This document shows positions 1 to 9,739 of a stretch of 64,000 nt of DNA, one piece after another. The position numbers were made by a program, and so were the translations under genes. Origin of the DNA: Candidatus Latescibacterota bacterium (GTDB lineage Bacteria > Latescibacterota > UBA2968 > UBA8231); assembly GCA_964291625.2 (NCBI GenBank), contig OZ220089.1, positions 4,064,001 to 4,128,000 of the forward strand. Reading direction: 5' to 3'. The notes under the pieces are model-generated. The model searched no databases. It worked only from the letters and a program-made list of their open reading frames with translations, and was not told the origin of the DNA. Every line of letters starts with the position of its first letter. The stretch's first letter is position 1.

Positions 1-695
1 AGAAGCCAGAGTTTGGGGTCTTCATGAGTCGAGTCAAGTGTCAAGCGAAGAAGCAAGGTGTCTTTCCAATAATCCACCTTGAAATCCATGGACTAAGAGA
101 CAAGTCGGGACTCCATCTGCCATCAGGTGAGATAGTTAGATGGGGTGAGTTCACTGATAGGTGTCGGGAGATCAATGAGCATTGTTCGAATAACCTTCTT
201 GTAGTCTTGGCTGTCTGCCATGGGTTTCACTCGGTACTACAAGTAACTATAACCAAGTTGACTCCCTTCTTTACCCTGATAGGCCCAACCGAGACAGTAT
301 GTGCTGGACAGATAGAAAGAGATTTTCCAGGATTCTATCAGGAACTCCTGAATTCTCACGACTTGACATCAACGGTCTCCATTCTTGGTGATCCCTACCG
401 GTTGTATCTTTGTGAGCAAGTCTTCGCGACTGGCCTCGTCGCGTACATCAACAATCACTGTCGAGGAAAGGGGCGACAGAAGCGAGTCAATGAACTCCTT
501 ACAAAGGTAAGAGAGTCAAGTAGTGGACTGCTCATTTCAACCGGAGGTGCACGAAGACTGATCAAGAAGCTAGTCAAGCCAGACGTAAGCGACTTAGAGA
601 GACATAGAGCCACATTCCTGATGGCTGACGATCCGGCAAACAGAGGGAGATTCACCGCTACTCTAGATGATCTGATCGAACTCTCTTACACCTGA
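1..695 (+). CDS. Hypothetical protein, possible caspase/CHAT-like cysteine peptidase fold; 5' end probably outside the window
   Basis: Frame is open from base 3 to the ATG at 24. Motifs IIHLEIHG and VVLAVCHG resemble the His-Gly / Ala-x-Cys dyad of the caspase-HetF clan. Visibly lower GC than the backbone. Confidence 0.55.
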   Translation, partial: KPEFGVFMSRVKCQAKKQGVFPIIHLEIHGLRDKSGLHLPSGEIVRWGEFTDRCREINEHCSNNLLVVLAVCHGFHSVLQVTITKLTPFFTLIGPTETVCAGQIERDFPGFYQELLNSHDLTSTVSILGDPYRLYLCEQVFATGLVAYINNHCRGKGRQKRVNELLTKVRESSSGLLISTGGARRLIKKLVKPDVSDLERHRATFLMADDPANRGRFTATLDDLIELSYT

Positions 696-874
696 CAGGG
701 GGAGGCAACCAAAGGGTGCGGTGAGCCCGGTTCCGAAGGATCTGCAAACGATGATCTCGGGACTGCTTGGCCTTGGCGGTGCCCTCGGCGCCTTGACCCA
801 GAGCCCAAGAGATGCCTCTTTTCTTGCCACACTTACCCAAGCACACCGTGTCTGTTGTTGGGAGGTTTTGATCT

Positions 875-2665
875 ATGGAAGGAAGCCCTATCAGTCTCAA
901 TGGGTTGCTCATTGGCAACCAAGTGTTCGATATCCCCGTCTACCAGAGAGGCTATGCCTGGGAGAGGAAGAACCTAGAAGATCTGTGGGAGGACCTCTAC
1001 TACCTCGAGCCTTCCAAGAAGCACTACTTCGGTACGGTGCTTCTCAAGGACTCCGGGACCGTTCAAGCCACCTTGGCGACTTTGGATCAGCTCGATGTGA
1101 TAGACGGCCAGCAGCGGCTTACGACTGTCCTGATACTGCTGCGAGAGGTTATCTCGCAACTGAAGGAGGTAGGAGACGATGAGCTGCGGGGAAATCTGGA
1201 TAAGCTGGAGAGGGACTATCTGAAAGATGGTGCCAATTACAAGCTGAACCCTCCGGGTGAGGATGGCAGCTTCTTCCACCAAGTTGTCATCGACGGAAAC
1301 GATTTTCTGGCCGGGGAAACTAGAACGCGCGCCCAGCGCCGTATGGCGGAGGCCAAGACATTCTTCAGAGATCGGCTTGTCGGAGAGAAGGAGAAGGAGC
1401 CTTTGACATACCAGGGCTTCTTGGTGCGATTCAAGCAGAAGATCGACGACCTTCAGCTCATACAATACCGGGTCAACTCGGATACGGATGCCATTCGCAT
1501 CTTCGAGACCGTCAACGACCGGGGCCGCCCGCTGAGCAGTCTCGAGAAGACAAAGAGTTTCCTGATGCACACCTCATACCTTGGGATCAGAGACGCCGCC
1601 GCTGTGGCCGGAAGGCTCGAAGAGTTGAACGGTCACTTTTCCAGGATGTACGGTCACTTCGAGGACGCGAGTGGGCCCAAACACAGCAAAGGTCTGCGCA
1701 TCGGCGAGGACGACGTTCTCCGTTACCACTTCATAAACCACGTTTCCCCGGTCCGAGACCCTTCGTTGCGCCCCTTCGAGAGCCTAAAGGAGAGCATCAG
1801 GGGCAAGCTGAGGAGAGACCCTGGTGAGTGTGTCGAGTATGCGATCGACTACGCTGTTGATCTGGAGAGGGCCTTCTTGGCCTTGAAGCAAATTGCCGAA
1901 GCCACCAGGCAGGACAGAAGAGGCGGGACTCTCAGCAAGTTATTCATGCTGGAGAGGATGGCGAACATTTTCCCGCTCTTGATAGCCTCCTGGCTGAGGT
2001 TCGGAGGTGATGGTCCATGCATAGAGAGGATTCTGAAAGTCCTGGAGGCATTCATCGTTCGTGTGTACCTGTTGTGTGGATACCGGAGCGATACCGCCAT
2101 GACTGAATTCCATAGGAAGGCTCACAGGGTGCATGGCAAGGAATTGGACTACGACGGGCTGCTTGCTGAGCTAGGTAGCTCAATTGAACGTTACGCTAAC
2201 AACGATCAGTTCAAGAGGGCGCTTGGTCAGGAAGACCTATTCTTTCGGCTGAGCTCAAGAGATATGAAGTACCTGCTGAGCGAATACGAAATCCATCTCC
2301 GTGCAAGGGGTGATGTGCCTCTCGCTGTCGCGACACAGGAGAGTGTCCTGACAGCCGAGTACGAGGTAGAGCATATCTGGCCCCAGAATCCGTCCCATGC
2401 AATGGACGTAGAGGAGGAGTCGGAACACCGTCAGAGTGTCCATCGGCTTGGGAACCTGACCATAGCTTCCAAGTCTTGGAACGCAAGCATGGGGAACAAG
2501 ACGTTCCAGGAGAAACAGTCCCAGCTTGGAGAGCGACCAAGCTACTCAAACTCCACTCTGCTGGTACAGAAGGAGCTGGCCAACCTTCCCTCCTGGGACA
2601 TCGAGGCGATCCACGATCGGGAAGCGAGGATAGTGGCCTTCGCGATGCAGAGGTGGTCCGTATAG
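875..2665 (+). CDS. GmrSD-type type IV restriction endonuclease (DUF262 + DUF1524 HNH)
   Basis: IPVYQRGYAW, VIDGQQRLTT and IFETVNDRG (DUF262); EVEHIWPQN...HRLGNLTI...N..MGNK (DUF1524 HNH). Confidence 0.92.
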   Translation: MEGSPISLNGLLIGNQVFDIPVYQRGYAWERKNLEDLWEDLYYLEPSKKHYFGTVLLKDSGTVQATLATLDQLDVIDGQQRLTTVLILLREVISQLKEVGDDELRGNLDKLERDYLKDGANYKLNPPGEDGSFFHQVVIDGNDFLAGETRTRAQRRMAEAKTFFRDRLVGEKEKEPLTYQGFLVRFKQKIDDLQLIQYRVNSDTDAIRIFETVNDRGRPLSSLEKTKSFLMHTSYLGIRDAAAVAGRLEELNGHFSRMYGHFEDASGPKHSKGLRIGEDDVLRYHFINHVSPVRDPSLRPFESLKESIRGKLRRDPGECVEYAIDYAVDLERAFLALKQIAEATRQDRRGGTLSKLFMLERMANIFPLLIASWLRFGGDGPCIERILKVLEAFIVRVYLLCGYRSDTAMTEFHRKAHRVHGKELDYDGLLAELGSSIERYANNDQFKRALGQEDLFFRLSSRDMKYLLSEYEIHLRARGDVPLAVATQESVLTAEYEVEHIWPQNPSHAMDVEEESEHRQSVHRLGNLTIASKSWNASMGNKTFQEKQSQLGERPSYSNSTLLVQKELANLPSWDIEAIHDREARIVAFAMQRWSV

Positions 2666-2768
2666 CTCCCCCGCTCGGCGCCTTGCCAATCCACCTTGTC
2701 AGCAGCCGAGCCTCCGCAGGTCCTTGACGGCATGCGGCACAATGGGAGCAGGCACCGGGTAACTCTGC

Positions 2769-3413
2769 ATGGATGACTTGGCGATATCTCAGCTCCTGTC
2801 CTCGCTTGGCTTCGAGGGCAGGGGCGCCAAACGGGCGCTGCAGCGGCTCTACGGGGAAGGTCTGACCCGGCCCGGCAAGACCCGCATCGCCACCGCCAAG
2901 ATCGAGGCGGTGGAGCGCACACTCGGCGCGGCCTTCGTTCGGCACTGCCACAAACCGGCGTGCGAGCCGGTGCCCGGCGAATCACGCGATCCGGTGATCG
3001 TCGCGGCCACGCACTGCGAGAGCTGCGGCGGCAGCGACAACCGGCGTGCCGTGGAGCGGATGCTGAAGGCGATGCGGCAGGTCGGCTGGAGGAAGCTCCT
3101 GGTGGCAGGCGGATCGCCCGGCACGCGAGGCGAGCTCGAGCGGCTCTGCTCCGGCGGGATCGACCTCCGGTTCGTCACCGCGGAGACCAACCCCAACAGG
3201 CGGACCGTGGCGCCTCTGCTCGGCTGGTCGGACGTCGCCGCGATCTGGGCGTCCACCGAGATCTCCCACAAGGCGACTGCGGTGCTGCGCGGCCCCAAGG
3301 TGCTGAGGGTGCCGCGGCGCGGAGTGGCCGCGCTGGCCGAAGCCGTGGTGGCGCGATGCGACATCAGCGCCACAGCCGGGAACAGCGTGTCCGCTTCCGG
3401 CCGATCCGTGTGA
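2769..3413 (+). CDS. Hypothetical protein with Cys4 zinc-binding motif and DUF2325-like C-terminal domain
   Basis: CHKPAC...CESC, then KLLVAGG...SDVAAIWASTEISH resembling DUF2325. Confidence 0.6.
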   Translation: MDDLAISQLLSSLGFEGRGAKRALQRLYGEGLTRPGKTRIATAKIEAVERTLGAAFVRHCHKPACEPVPGESRDPVIVAATHCESCGGSDNRRAVERMLKAMRQVGWRKLLVAGGSPGTRGELERLCSGGIDLRFVTAETNPNRRTVAPLLGWSDVAAIWASTEISHKATAVLRGPKVLRVPRRGVAALAEAVVARCDISATAGNSVSASGRSV

Positions 3414-3456
3414 GGTACGACGACAAGGCGCAGGAATCGCAAAGGAGAGCCCGCGA

Positions 3457-4443
3457 GTGCAGTACAAGAACCTGGGCCGCACCGGCGTCAAGGTCTCCCG
3501 CCTGTGCTGTGGTACCATGGCCTTCGGCGGCGATGCGGACGAGTCGACCGCCGGGCGGATGTACCGCTACTGCCGCGAGCTGGGGATCAACTTCTTCGAC
3601 TCGGCCAACATCTATTCCAGGGGGCTCGCCGAGGAGATCCTGGGGCGCTTGATCCAGGGCGAGCGCGATGAGCTGGTCATCGCTTCGAAGGTCTGCGGTG
3701 CGATCGGTGACGGCCCCAACGACCGGGGCCTGTCGCGGCGGCATATCGTGCAGGCCGTGGAGGCCAGTCTCACGCGGCTGCAGACGGACCGCCTCGACCT
3801 GTACTTCGTCCACAACTTCGACGAGGACACGCCGATGGAGGAAACCCTCGCCGCGCTGGACGACTTGGTGCGCGGCGGCAAGATCCTCTACCCGGCGGTG
3901 AGCAACTGGGCGGCCTGGCAGATCGCCAAGGCCCTCGGCCACTGCGCCCGCGAGGGGCTGGCCCCCTTCGCCTGCATTCAGCCCATGTACAGCCTGGTCA
4001 AGCGGCAGGTGGAGGTGGAGATCCTGCCGCTGGCCCGCTCGGAGGGCCTGGGCGTGATCACCTACAGTCCCCTGGGGGGCGGCCTGCTGACCGGCAAGTA
4101 CGGGATCGACAAGCGGCCCGGGCGGGGTCGTCTCCTGGAACTGGACAACTACACCAGGCGCTACGCCAACCCCGTGTTCTACGAAGTCGCCGAGCGCTTC
4201 GTGCGCTATGCCCGCGACCGGGGCGTGCATCCGGTGACCCTGGCTGTCGCATGGGCCATGGGGCATCGGGACGTGACGGCGCCGATCGTCGGCGGGCGCG
4301 ACCTGGACCAGCTCAAGCCGTCCCTCGCCGCCCTCGATTTCGCCATGTCCGACGAGATGCGCGAGGAGGTGTCGGCCCTGTCGATCGCGCCGGCGCCGGC
4401 TACCGACCGCGACGACGACCTGTTCAAGGGGAGAGCGACATGA
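3457..4443 (+). CDS. Aldo/keto reductase
   Basis: LGRTGVKVSRLCCGTM, FFDSANIYSRG, ASLTRLQTDRLDLY, YSPLGGGLLTGKY; GTG start after AGGAG. Confidence 0.95.
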   Translation: MQYKNLGRTGVKVSRLCCGTMAFGGDADESTAGRMYRYCRELGINFFDSANIYSRGLAEEILGRLIQGERDELVIASKVCGAIGDGPNDRGLSRRHIVQAVEASLTRLQTDRLDLYFVHNFDEDTPMEETLAALDDLVRGGKILYPAVSNWAAWQIAKALGHCAREGLAPFACIQPMYSLVKRQVEVEILPLARSEGLGVITYSPLGGGLLTGKYGIDKRPGRGRLLELDNYTRRYANPVFYEVAERFVRYARDRGVHPVTLAVAWAMGHRDVTAPIVGGRDLDQLKPSLAALDFAMSDEMREEVSALSIAPAPATDRDDDLFKGRAT

Positions 4444-5936
4444 GGCCCAACATACTGCTCATCGTTTCGGACCAGATGGTCGCCGCGCTGACCGGGGCCT
4501 ACGGCCATCCCGTGGTGCGGACGCCCCACCTGGACAGGCTGGCGGAGGAGGGCGTGCGCTACGACGCGGCCTACACCGCCTTTCCCCTCTGCGCACCGGG
4601 GCGCGCATGCCTGATGACGGGACGCCACGCCTCCGAGATCGGCGCCTGGGACAACGGGGCGCTGCTGGCCGCGGACCAGCCGACCTTCGCCCACTACCTG
4701 TCCGATGCGGGCTACGATACCGTGCTCTCCGGCAAGATGCACTTCATCGGTCCGGACCAGCTCCACGGATTCCGGAGGCGTCTGACCACGGACATCTACT
4801 CCTCCGACTTCACCTGGGTGAGACCGGAATGGATCCGCCTCAAGGAGACCGGGGGACGGGACTGCGAAGAGGTGATGGGCAACCGGTCCAGGTACAATGC
4901 CAGGGGCTACACGGGCGACGGCGTGCGGATCGGGGCGTGGCACAACGCCTTGAGCTACGACGAGGAGACCCATTTCCGCGCGGTCGAGTACCTGCGGTCC
5001 CGGAAGGAAGACGGGAACGACGCTCCCTTCCTGCTGTGCGCGTCTTACCACCACCCCCACGAACCGTTCTGGCCGCCCCTGGACTACTGGAACCGCTACG
5101 AGGGCGCCGAGATCGACCTGCCCTCCTTTCCCGCGGACCTGGACGACCACCGCACCATGATGGACCGGAACCTGAACGCCTACCACGGCACGGGGCGGTA
5201 CGACCTGCGGGACGAGGAAGGGCTCTACCGGCTCCGGCGGGCCTACTACGGCCTGGTGAGCTACATGGACGACAAGGTCGGCGGCCTGCTCGACGCCCTC
5301 GACGAGACCGGGCTGGCGGAGAGCACGGTGGTGGTCTTCGCCAGCGACCACGGCGACATGCTCTGCGAGCGGGAGATGGTGCAGAAGCGGTGTTTCTACG
5401 AGTGGTCCTGCCGGGTGCCCCTGATCGTCCGCCATCCGGATGGCTGGGGCGCGGGTTCGACCATTCCCCACCCCGTTTCACTGATCGATCTTCTGCCGAC
5501 GTTCTGCGATCTCGCGGGGGTGGAGGACCGCCTGCCCCACGACGGTCGCAGCCTCGTGTCACCGACCGCCGTGAACGACGCCGACCGCGTCGTCTTCGCC
5601 CAGGCCCACGAGGCCGTGGGCATGCCGTGCATCATGGCGCGGCAGGGGCGCTACAAGTACCTCCACATTCACGGTTTCGAACCCGCTCTCTTCGACCTGG
5701 ACAACGATCCGGGCGAGTGGCACGATCTCGCCGCCGCAGGGACGCACCGCCAGGTGGAGGAAGGCCTTCGCGGCCACATCCTCGACCGGTTCGACCCGGA
5801 CGCCATGGCGCGGGAGAACCTGGCGAGCCTGTACCGGAGGCGCCTCATCAGGGACACCATGAAGCGGCACGGCCATACCTGGAGCCATGACCCCGCCTTC
5901 GACCATCGCCGGGGCGCCATGGACCAGTACCGGTGA
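4440..5936 (+). CDS. Sulfatase (choline-sulfatase BetC-like)
   Basis: MRPNILLIVSDQ, formylglycine motif CAPGR (CxPxR), GKMHF, SDHGDM; ATGA overlap with the AKR stop. Confidence 0.93.
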   Translation: MRPNILLIVSDQMVAALTGAYGHPVVRTPHLDRLAEEGVRYDAAYTAFPLCAPGRACLMTGRHASEIGAWDNGALLAADQPTFAHYLSDAGYDTVLSGKMHFIGPDQLHGFRRRLTTDIYSSDFTWVRPEWIRLKETGGRDCEEVMGNRSRYNARGYTGDGVRIGAWHNALSYDEETHFRAVEYLRSRKEDGNDAPFLLCASYHHPHEPFWPPLDYWNRYEGAEIDLPSFPADLDDHRTMMDRNLNAYHGTGRYDLRDEEGLYRLRRAYYGLVSYMDDKVGGLLDALDETGLAESTVVVFASDHGDMLCEREMVQKRCFYEWSCRVPLIVRHPDGWGAGSTIPHPVSLIDLLPTFCDLAGVEDRLPHDGRSLVSPTAVNDADRVVFAQAHEAVGMPCIMARQGRYKYLHIHGFEPALFDLDNDPGEWHDLAAAGTHRQVEEGLRGHILDRFDPDAMARENLASLYRRRLIRDTMKRHGHTWSHDPAFDHRRGAMDQYR

Positions 5937-6355
5937 CGGGCGGGTCCGGCCGATCCGGCATCCCGCCCGCGGAGCGGCCTTCTGAGAGGGCCGCCGTCCT
6001 GCACCGCGAGTCGATCGTGATCGACGGTCACTGCGACATCCTCATTCCGGTCAGCGACGGCAAGATGACGCTCGACCAGCGGGTCGACCTCCCCGACCCC
6101 GGCAGCTGGGAGCCGCCCCTCGGCTTCGACGCCGGCCCCTTCGCCCAGTTCGGGATGTCGGCGCACACCGTCTGGTTCGGGTGCATGGGCCAGTACGACC
6201 TGCCGCGGTGGCGTGAAGGCGGCGTCACCTCGCAACTCTGCGCGGTCTACCTCGACGACGACCAGCTCAACCGCCCGCTGCACCGCGGGCTCGAGATGAC
6301 CTGGCACCTGCACCATGAGGTCGAGGTGGAGCGGGACTCGGTGGCGGTGGTCTGA
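5933..6355 (+). pseudogene. Truncated 5' copy of membrane dipeptidase (M19)
   Basis: GTGA-coupled to the sulfatase; near-identical to 8640-8974 until 6324, then diverges and stops after about 10 codons. Confidence 0.85.
5990..6324 (+). repeat. 335-bp direct repeat, copy 1 (partner 8640-8974)
   Basis: Direct comparison gives offset 2650 and 3 mismatches (6131/8781, 6165/8815, 6319/8969). Confidence 0.97.
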
Positions 6356-6448
6356 GGGGGAAGGTGGACAGGCGGATTCTCGTCTGGACAAGCGTCTCCT
6401 CCAAGGGATGGTTCACGCCCGCCGAGGGCTTGGCACGTGCATTCCTGG

Positions 6449-6476
6449 TTGACAAGGGTGTAGGGTTGCCTATGCT
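6449..6476 (+). promoter_or_regulatory. Putative sigma70 promoter of the inserted cassette
   Basis: TTGACA-N16-TATGCT about 80 bp upstream of the ATG at 6557. Confidence 0.6.
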
Positions 6477-6556
6477 ACCCTGTCCGGCTCACTCTACAAG
6501 GCTTGTATGTAGGCGGCGGCCGGCAAGTGCAGGGCCGCTCGGATTGGATTCGCAAG

Positions 6557-7210
6557 ATGAGTACTGGCGTTGCTGTATTCCTAGGTTTCCTCCCCGTCCT
6601 TGTAGCCTGTGGGGGCAAGGACAGACCGGTCGGACCAGGGGAGAAACCAGAAGACCAGGAAAAGGCCGACCTGGAAAACCGCTGGCAAATGGAGTCTCTG
6701 CCCGGTGACTCCTTCGATTCAGTGACTTTCGATTTTCTACCCGAAGGCCTCTTGCAGGTTCAAATGGAATCAGAGGTTGACCTCGATGAACTACTCCCTT
6801 CCGAAGAGCCCGAGTCAGAGGAATTCCCCGGAGATCTTGACTTCAACTTCGGAACAGGTCGCGTTTCAGTCGTACTAGCAGCCAACTGGACAGCAACCAG
6901 CAACCTCCTGACTATCAGGCATGACAGAGTTGGTGAGATTCGGATAGATGATATGCTCTTGGCCGATTTCTTCAGATCCTTGAGCAAGACCCATGGGAAC
7001 GAGCAGCTGGCTAGTGACGACTTCTTGCTCGACATCCTCATCGCTACAATAGAGCAAGCCGTGGCAAACAGAGCTGCACTTCTGACTGCCGGCTTTGGCA
7101 GTGCTTCCTATGAAATCGAGGGGGAAAGCCTCACTATACATGCTGAAGGCGGAAGCAGAAGGTTCGACCGAGTTGGCCGACCTGCGGGTTCTCTCCAGCA
7201 AACGGGCTGA
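6557..7210 (+). CDS. Hypothetical lipoprotein
   Basis: MSTGVAVFLGFLPVLVAC lipobox; acidic beta-rich mature part; lower GC. Confidence 0.75.
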   Translation: MSTGVAVFLGFLPVLVACGGKDRPVGPGEKPEDQEKADLENRWQMESLPGDSFDSVTFDFLPEGLLQVQMESEVDLDELLPSEEPESEEFPGDLDFNFGTGRVSVVLAANWTATSNLLTIRHDRVGEIRIDDMLLADFFRSLSKTHGNEQLASDDFLLDILIATIEQAVANRAALLTAGFGSASYEIEGESLTIHAEGGSRRFDRVGRPAGSLQQTG

Positions 7211-7251
7211 GCATTCCCCCCATGCGATCCGCAGGCGAGATTGGACAGGCT

Positions 7252-8475
7252 ATGAGGGCATTGTGTTTCGTGACTTCCCTGTTCCTATGCAGTTGTGATA
7301 CCCTTGTCTCGAGAGTCCTGGCGCCTATCAGAGTCTTCGATGGCAACATCGATCTACCGGATCGGCCCTATGCCGACGAGAGATTGGGTATCGTCAACCC
7401 CTCCGGAATCGCAATCCATCCCGACGGCAGGGTTTTTGTGTGCAATCTCAATGGCAGGGACTCGCGCCACTTCTATGGACAGATTATCGTGCTGTACGAC
7501 GACAACGGCGATGGCTATGCCGATCGATCCACGATATTCGCAGACAGTCTGACTACCGTTGTGGGCGTGGCACTACGTGGAGACGATGTCTACGCGTCGA
7601 TATATGGAGAGATTGTACTCTTCAGTGACGTTGACGGGGACGGCACAGCCGACACTCGAGAATCCGTAGCGAAACTGCTTCCTTGGGGTACCCACGTAAA
7701 CAACCAGATCGCTTTTGGCCCCGATGGAATGCTGTACGTAACACTTGGATCGGAATTCGACGCTCAGGAGGAGAGCCGGCCTGAGCGAGCTTCCATTCTA
7801 CGAATCTCCGCCGTTGCCAGGGGCCTGAACCTGAGACAGAGTTCCGAAGGCATAGAAATCGTGGCTACAGGCATACGCAATGCTTTCGACTTGACCTTTG
7901 GGCCACCTGGCCACATAGCAGAAGGGGAGCTATTCGCTACCGACAATGGCCCTGAAGGACCGGCGGCCGATGCGGAGGCAGGTATTGAACGTTCAGAGGA
8001 GTATGAGACGAGCTTTCCCGATGAACTGAATCACATTGTATTCGGTGCTCACTATGGGTATCCAGAGTACTTCGGCAGACCTCCGGACGGAAGCGGAACC
8101 AGCGGGCCCATCGTCGAATTCGTCGACCACAGCGGGGCTGAGGGTTTGGCCTTCAATACCGGGGATTCCTTTCCTGGCATGCATGGGCTATTGTTCGTAG
8201 CCCTCTACCATAGTTCAAAGATCGTGGCGGTCGAGCTGAACAAGGCAGGTGATTCCTATTCGGCCGAGGTCCGGACTATTCTCGAGTTCCCTTGCTTGAG
8301 CGATGAGATCGAGGTTCGGTGGGGCACCGGACACAAGCCTTGCCTCCATGAACATCCTCTCGACCTGGCCTTTGCCCCGGACGGGAGCTTGTTCATCTCA
8401 GCATTTGGCATGATTTCGGGCCAGGACTTCAGCCCCAAGGTTTACGGGAAGATCTACCGCATCACTGGGTACTGA
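7252..8475 (+). CDS. PQQ-dependent sugar / L-sorbosone dehydrogenase-like beta-propeller lipoprotein
   Basis: Lipobox FLCSC; DDNGDGYAD, IAFGPDGMLYVTLGS, VATGIRNAFDL, DELNHIVFGAHYGYP, PLDLAFAPDGSLF. Confidence 0.85.
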   Translation: MRALCFVTSLFLCSCDTLVSRVLAPIRVFDGNIDLPDRPYADERLGIVNPSGIAIHPDGRVFVCNLNGRDSRHFYGQIIVLYDDNGDGYADRSTIFADSLTTVVGVALRGDDVYASIYGEIVLFSDVDGDGTADTRESVAKLLPWGTHVNNQIAFGPDGMLYVTLGSEFDAQEESRPERASILRISAVARGLNLRQSSEGIEIVATGIRNAFDLTFGPPGHIAEGELFATDNGPEGPAADAEAGIERSEEYETSFPDELNHIVFGAHYGYPEYFGRPPDGSGTSGPIVEFVDHSGAEGLAFNTGDSFPGMHGLLFVALYHSSKIVAVELNKAGDSYSAEVRTILEFPCLSDEIEVRWGTGHKPCLHEHPLDLAFAPDGSLFISAFGMISGQDFSPKVYGKIYRITGY

Positions 8476-8621
8476 GCCGACCATCGTAGCGGCGGGTGCT
8501 GCAGTACCAAAGACGAGGGCACCTGGAAAGGTCCGGCCCTTCCTCTCGGCCGTCTCCGCTGGCGGAGGCGCCCCAGTTGTCTGGGCCCCTCCGATCGAGT
8601 GCCCGGGCGTTGAAAGCACTC

Positions 8622-9722
8622 TTGGATGCCTCTGAAAAAGCCGCCGTCCTGCACCGCGAGTCGATCGTGATCGACGGTCACTGCGACATCCTCATTCCGG
8701 TCAGCGACGGCAAGATGACGCTCGACCAGCGGGTCGACCTCCCCGACCCCGGCAGCTGGGAGCCGCCCCTCGGCTTCGACACCGGCCCCTTCGCCCAGTT
8801 CGGGATGTCGGCGCCCACCGTCTGGTTCGGGTGCATGGGCCAGTACGACCTGCCGCGGTGGCGTGAAGGCGGCGTCACCTCGCAACTCTGCGCGGTCTAC
8901 CTCGACGACGACCAGCTCAACCGCCCGCTGCACCGCGGGCTCGAGATGACCTGGCACCTGCACCATGAAGTCGACCGGCTGGACGGGCTGGTGCTCGCCA
9001 CGTCGGCGGCCGGGATCCGTCAGGCCAAGGAGGATGGGCGGGTGGCGCTCGTCTTCGCCTTCGAGGGCTGCGAGGCGCTGGGGGCCGACCCGCGTTTCCT
9101 CGATCTCTACCACAAGCTCGGCCTGCGGGTGGCGAGCCTGACCCACACCCGCCGCAACATCTACGCCGACGGCTGCCGGGCCGCGGACGACCAGGGTGGA
9201 CTGACGGCCGCCGGCAAGGCGCTCATCGACCGGATGGGAGAGCTCGGCATCGTGGTCGACCTGGTGCACATCGGCGAGCGCGGCTTCTGGGAGATCCTCG
9301 ACCGGGTCGACCGTCCGGTCATCCTCTCCCACACCACGCCCACCATGTTCCCCAACAGCGATCCGGCTTCGCGCCGAGCCGGTGGCACCCCGCGAACACG
9401 CCTCGAGCTGCCCCGCGACCGGAAGATGCTCGAGGCGATCGCCCGCAACGGGGGTGTGCTGGGACTGATTCACATCACCCACCGCAACCTCTCCGAAGTG
9501 GTCGACGACATCGAGACCGCCCTCGGCGTGATGGGCCCCGACCACGTCGGTCTGGGCAGCGACCAGTACGGGGCCGACCTCGCGCCGGAAGGCCTGGAGC
9601 ACATCGGCAGGGTTCCCGCCATCACCGAGGAACTCGTGCGACGGGGTCACGGCGACGACACGATCCGCAAGTTCCTCGGCGAGAACTACCTCCGGGTCTT
9701 CGAAGAGGTCTGGGGGCAGTAG
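8622..9722 (+). CDS. Membrane dipeptidase (peptidase M19, amidohydrolase fold)
   Basis: IDGHCD, FEGCE, VDLVH, ILSHT, HVGLGSD, KFLGENYLRV. Start uncertain (TTG 8622 chosen). Confidence 0.9.
   Translation: MDASEKAAVLHRESIVIDGHCDILIPVSDGKMTLDQRVDLPDPGSWEPPLGFDTGPFAQFGMSAPTVWFGCMGQYDLPRWREGGVTSQLCAVYLDDDQLNRPLHRGLEMTWHLHHEVDRLDGLVLATSAAGIRQAKEDGRVALVFAFEGCEALGADPRFLDLYHKLGLRVASLTHTRRNIYADGCRAADDQGGLTAAGKALIDRMGELGIVVDLVHIGERGFWEILDRVDRPVILSHTTPTMFPNSDPASRRAGGTPRTRLELPRDRKMLEAIARNGGVLGLIHITHRNLSEVVDDIETALGVMGPDHVGLGSDQYGADLAPEGLEHIGRVPAITEELVRRGHGDDTIRKFLGENYLRVFEEVWGQ
8640..8974 (+). repeat. 335-bp direct repeat, copy 2 (partner 5990-6324)
   Basis: See copy 1. Confidence 0.97.
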
Positions 9723-9739
9723 GAGGAAGGACTCACTCC

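Noticed and set aside
721-1182. 153-aa ORF overlapping the gmrSD start
   Set aside because: Mostly out-of-frame overlap with a well-supported gene; no recognisable motif.
6430-6446. Sigma54-like TGGCACG element
   Set aside because: The -12 GC is absent (TTCC instead of TTGC), and a better sigma70 promoter follows.
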